In this document: positions 27,024 to 27,322 of the stretch, piece after piece
Numbering within the stretch: position 1 is the first letter of the stretch
Layout: the number at the start of each line of letters is the position of its first letter
NCBI GenBank assembly: GCA_965369105.1
Contig: CBDUPM010000001.1
Span: forward strand, 1 to 27,322
Length of the DNA: 27,322 nucleotides
Reading direction: 5' to 3'
Origin: an uncultured Bacteroidales bacterium
Lineage (GTDB): Bacteria > Bacteroidota > Bacteroidia > Bacteroidales > GCA-2748055
Position numbers and translations under genes: made by a program
Notes under the pieces: generated by a model
The model's input: the letters and a program-made list of their open reading frames with translations, nothing else
Told to the model about the DNA's origin: nothing
Database searches by the model: none

Positions 27024-27322
27024 ATGTTAGACAGCAAAGAGCTAAAAGATTTTTTAACAACAGAATTCAGGGAGAGTGAATTTTTCCTTGTTGATGTGGT
27101 TGTCAAACCCGGGAACCTTATAAAGGTTTATGTGGATAAACCCGAAGGAATAACGATTCAGGAATGTTATGAGGTAAGCAGGTTAATAACAGGAAAGTTT
27201 GACAGGGATACTGAAGATTATTCCCTGGATGTTTCTTCTCCCGGACTGGATATGCCGCTGCTTGTAAAGGAGCAATATGAAAAAAACCTGGGGCGGGAGA
27301 TCAGCATTGAAATGCTGGAGGG
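27024..27322 (+). CDS. rimP: Ribosome maturation factor RimP (3'-truncated by window edge; absent from the ORF track)
   Basis: Manual translation MLDSKELKDFLTTEFRESEFFLVDVVVKPGNLIKVYVDKPEGITIQECYEVSRLITGKFDRDTEDYSLDVSSPGLDMPLLVKEQYEKNLGREI..., with RimP motifs GITIQEC..VSR and YSLDVSSPGL. Confidence 0.93.
   Translation, partial: MLDSKELKDFLTTEFRESEFFLVDVVVKPGNLIKVYVDKPEGITIQECYEVSRLITGKFDRDTEDYSLDVSSPGLDMPLLVKEQYEKNLGREISIEMLE

Noticed and set aside
1-27322. Mobile elements, CRISPR arrays, rRNA/tRNA, defence systems, tandem repeats
   Set aside because: I found no transposase, integrase or Cas motifs, no regularly spaced repeats, and no cloverleaf or rRNA-like segments by eye.

Overview
AT-rich, gene-dense chromosomal window from a Bacteroidota organism, probably Bacteroidales/Marinilabiliales-like. 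This is inferred from TAnnTTTG promoters, A-rich starts without Shine-Dalgarno sites, the fused lpxC-fabZ and the many lipoproteins. Left to right: 3' part of a TonB-dependent receptor; a DUF2271-like lipoprotein with a candidate flavinylation motif; a triple-PAS hybrid histidine kinase split by an in-frame TAG in its receiver domain; DEAD-box helicase; cupin; creatininase-family amidohydrolase divergent from an NSS (SNF) transporter; CBM9-like/sulfatase lipoprotein; Nudix hydrolase; a sufBCDSE-sufT-queG run; two uncharacterised lipoproteins; thiL; an HD-lpxD-lpxC/fabZ-lpxA run; and the 5' part of rimP behind a terminator-like leader hairpin. I saw no rRNA, tRNA, CRISPR array, IS, phage or defence gene. 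Most of the window is housekeeping, and I cannot claim a clearly new system. The best leads are the TBDR plus putative FMN-lipoprotein pair, the SufD Cys tail with the suf-queG coupling, the amber-split kinase and the rimP leader. All family calls come from motif recognition by eye; no database search was run.
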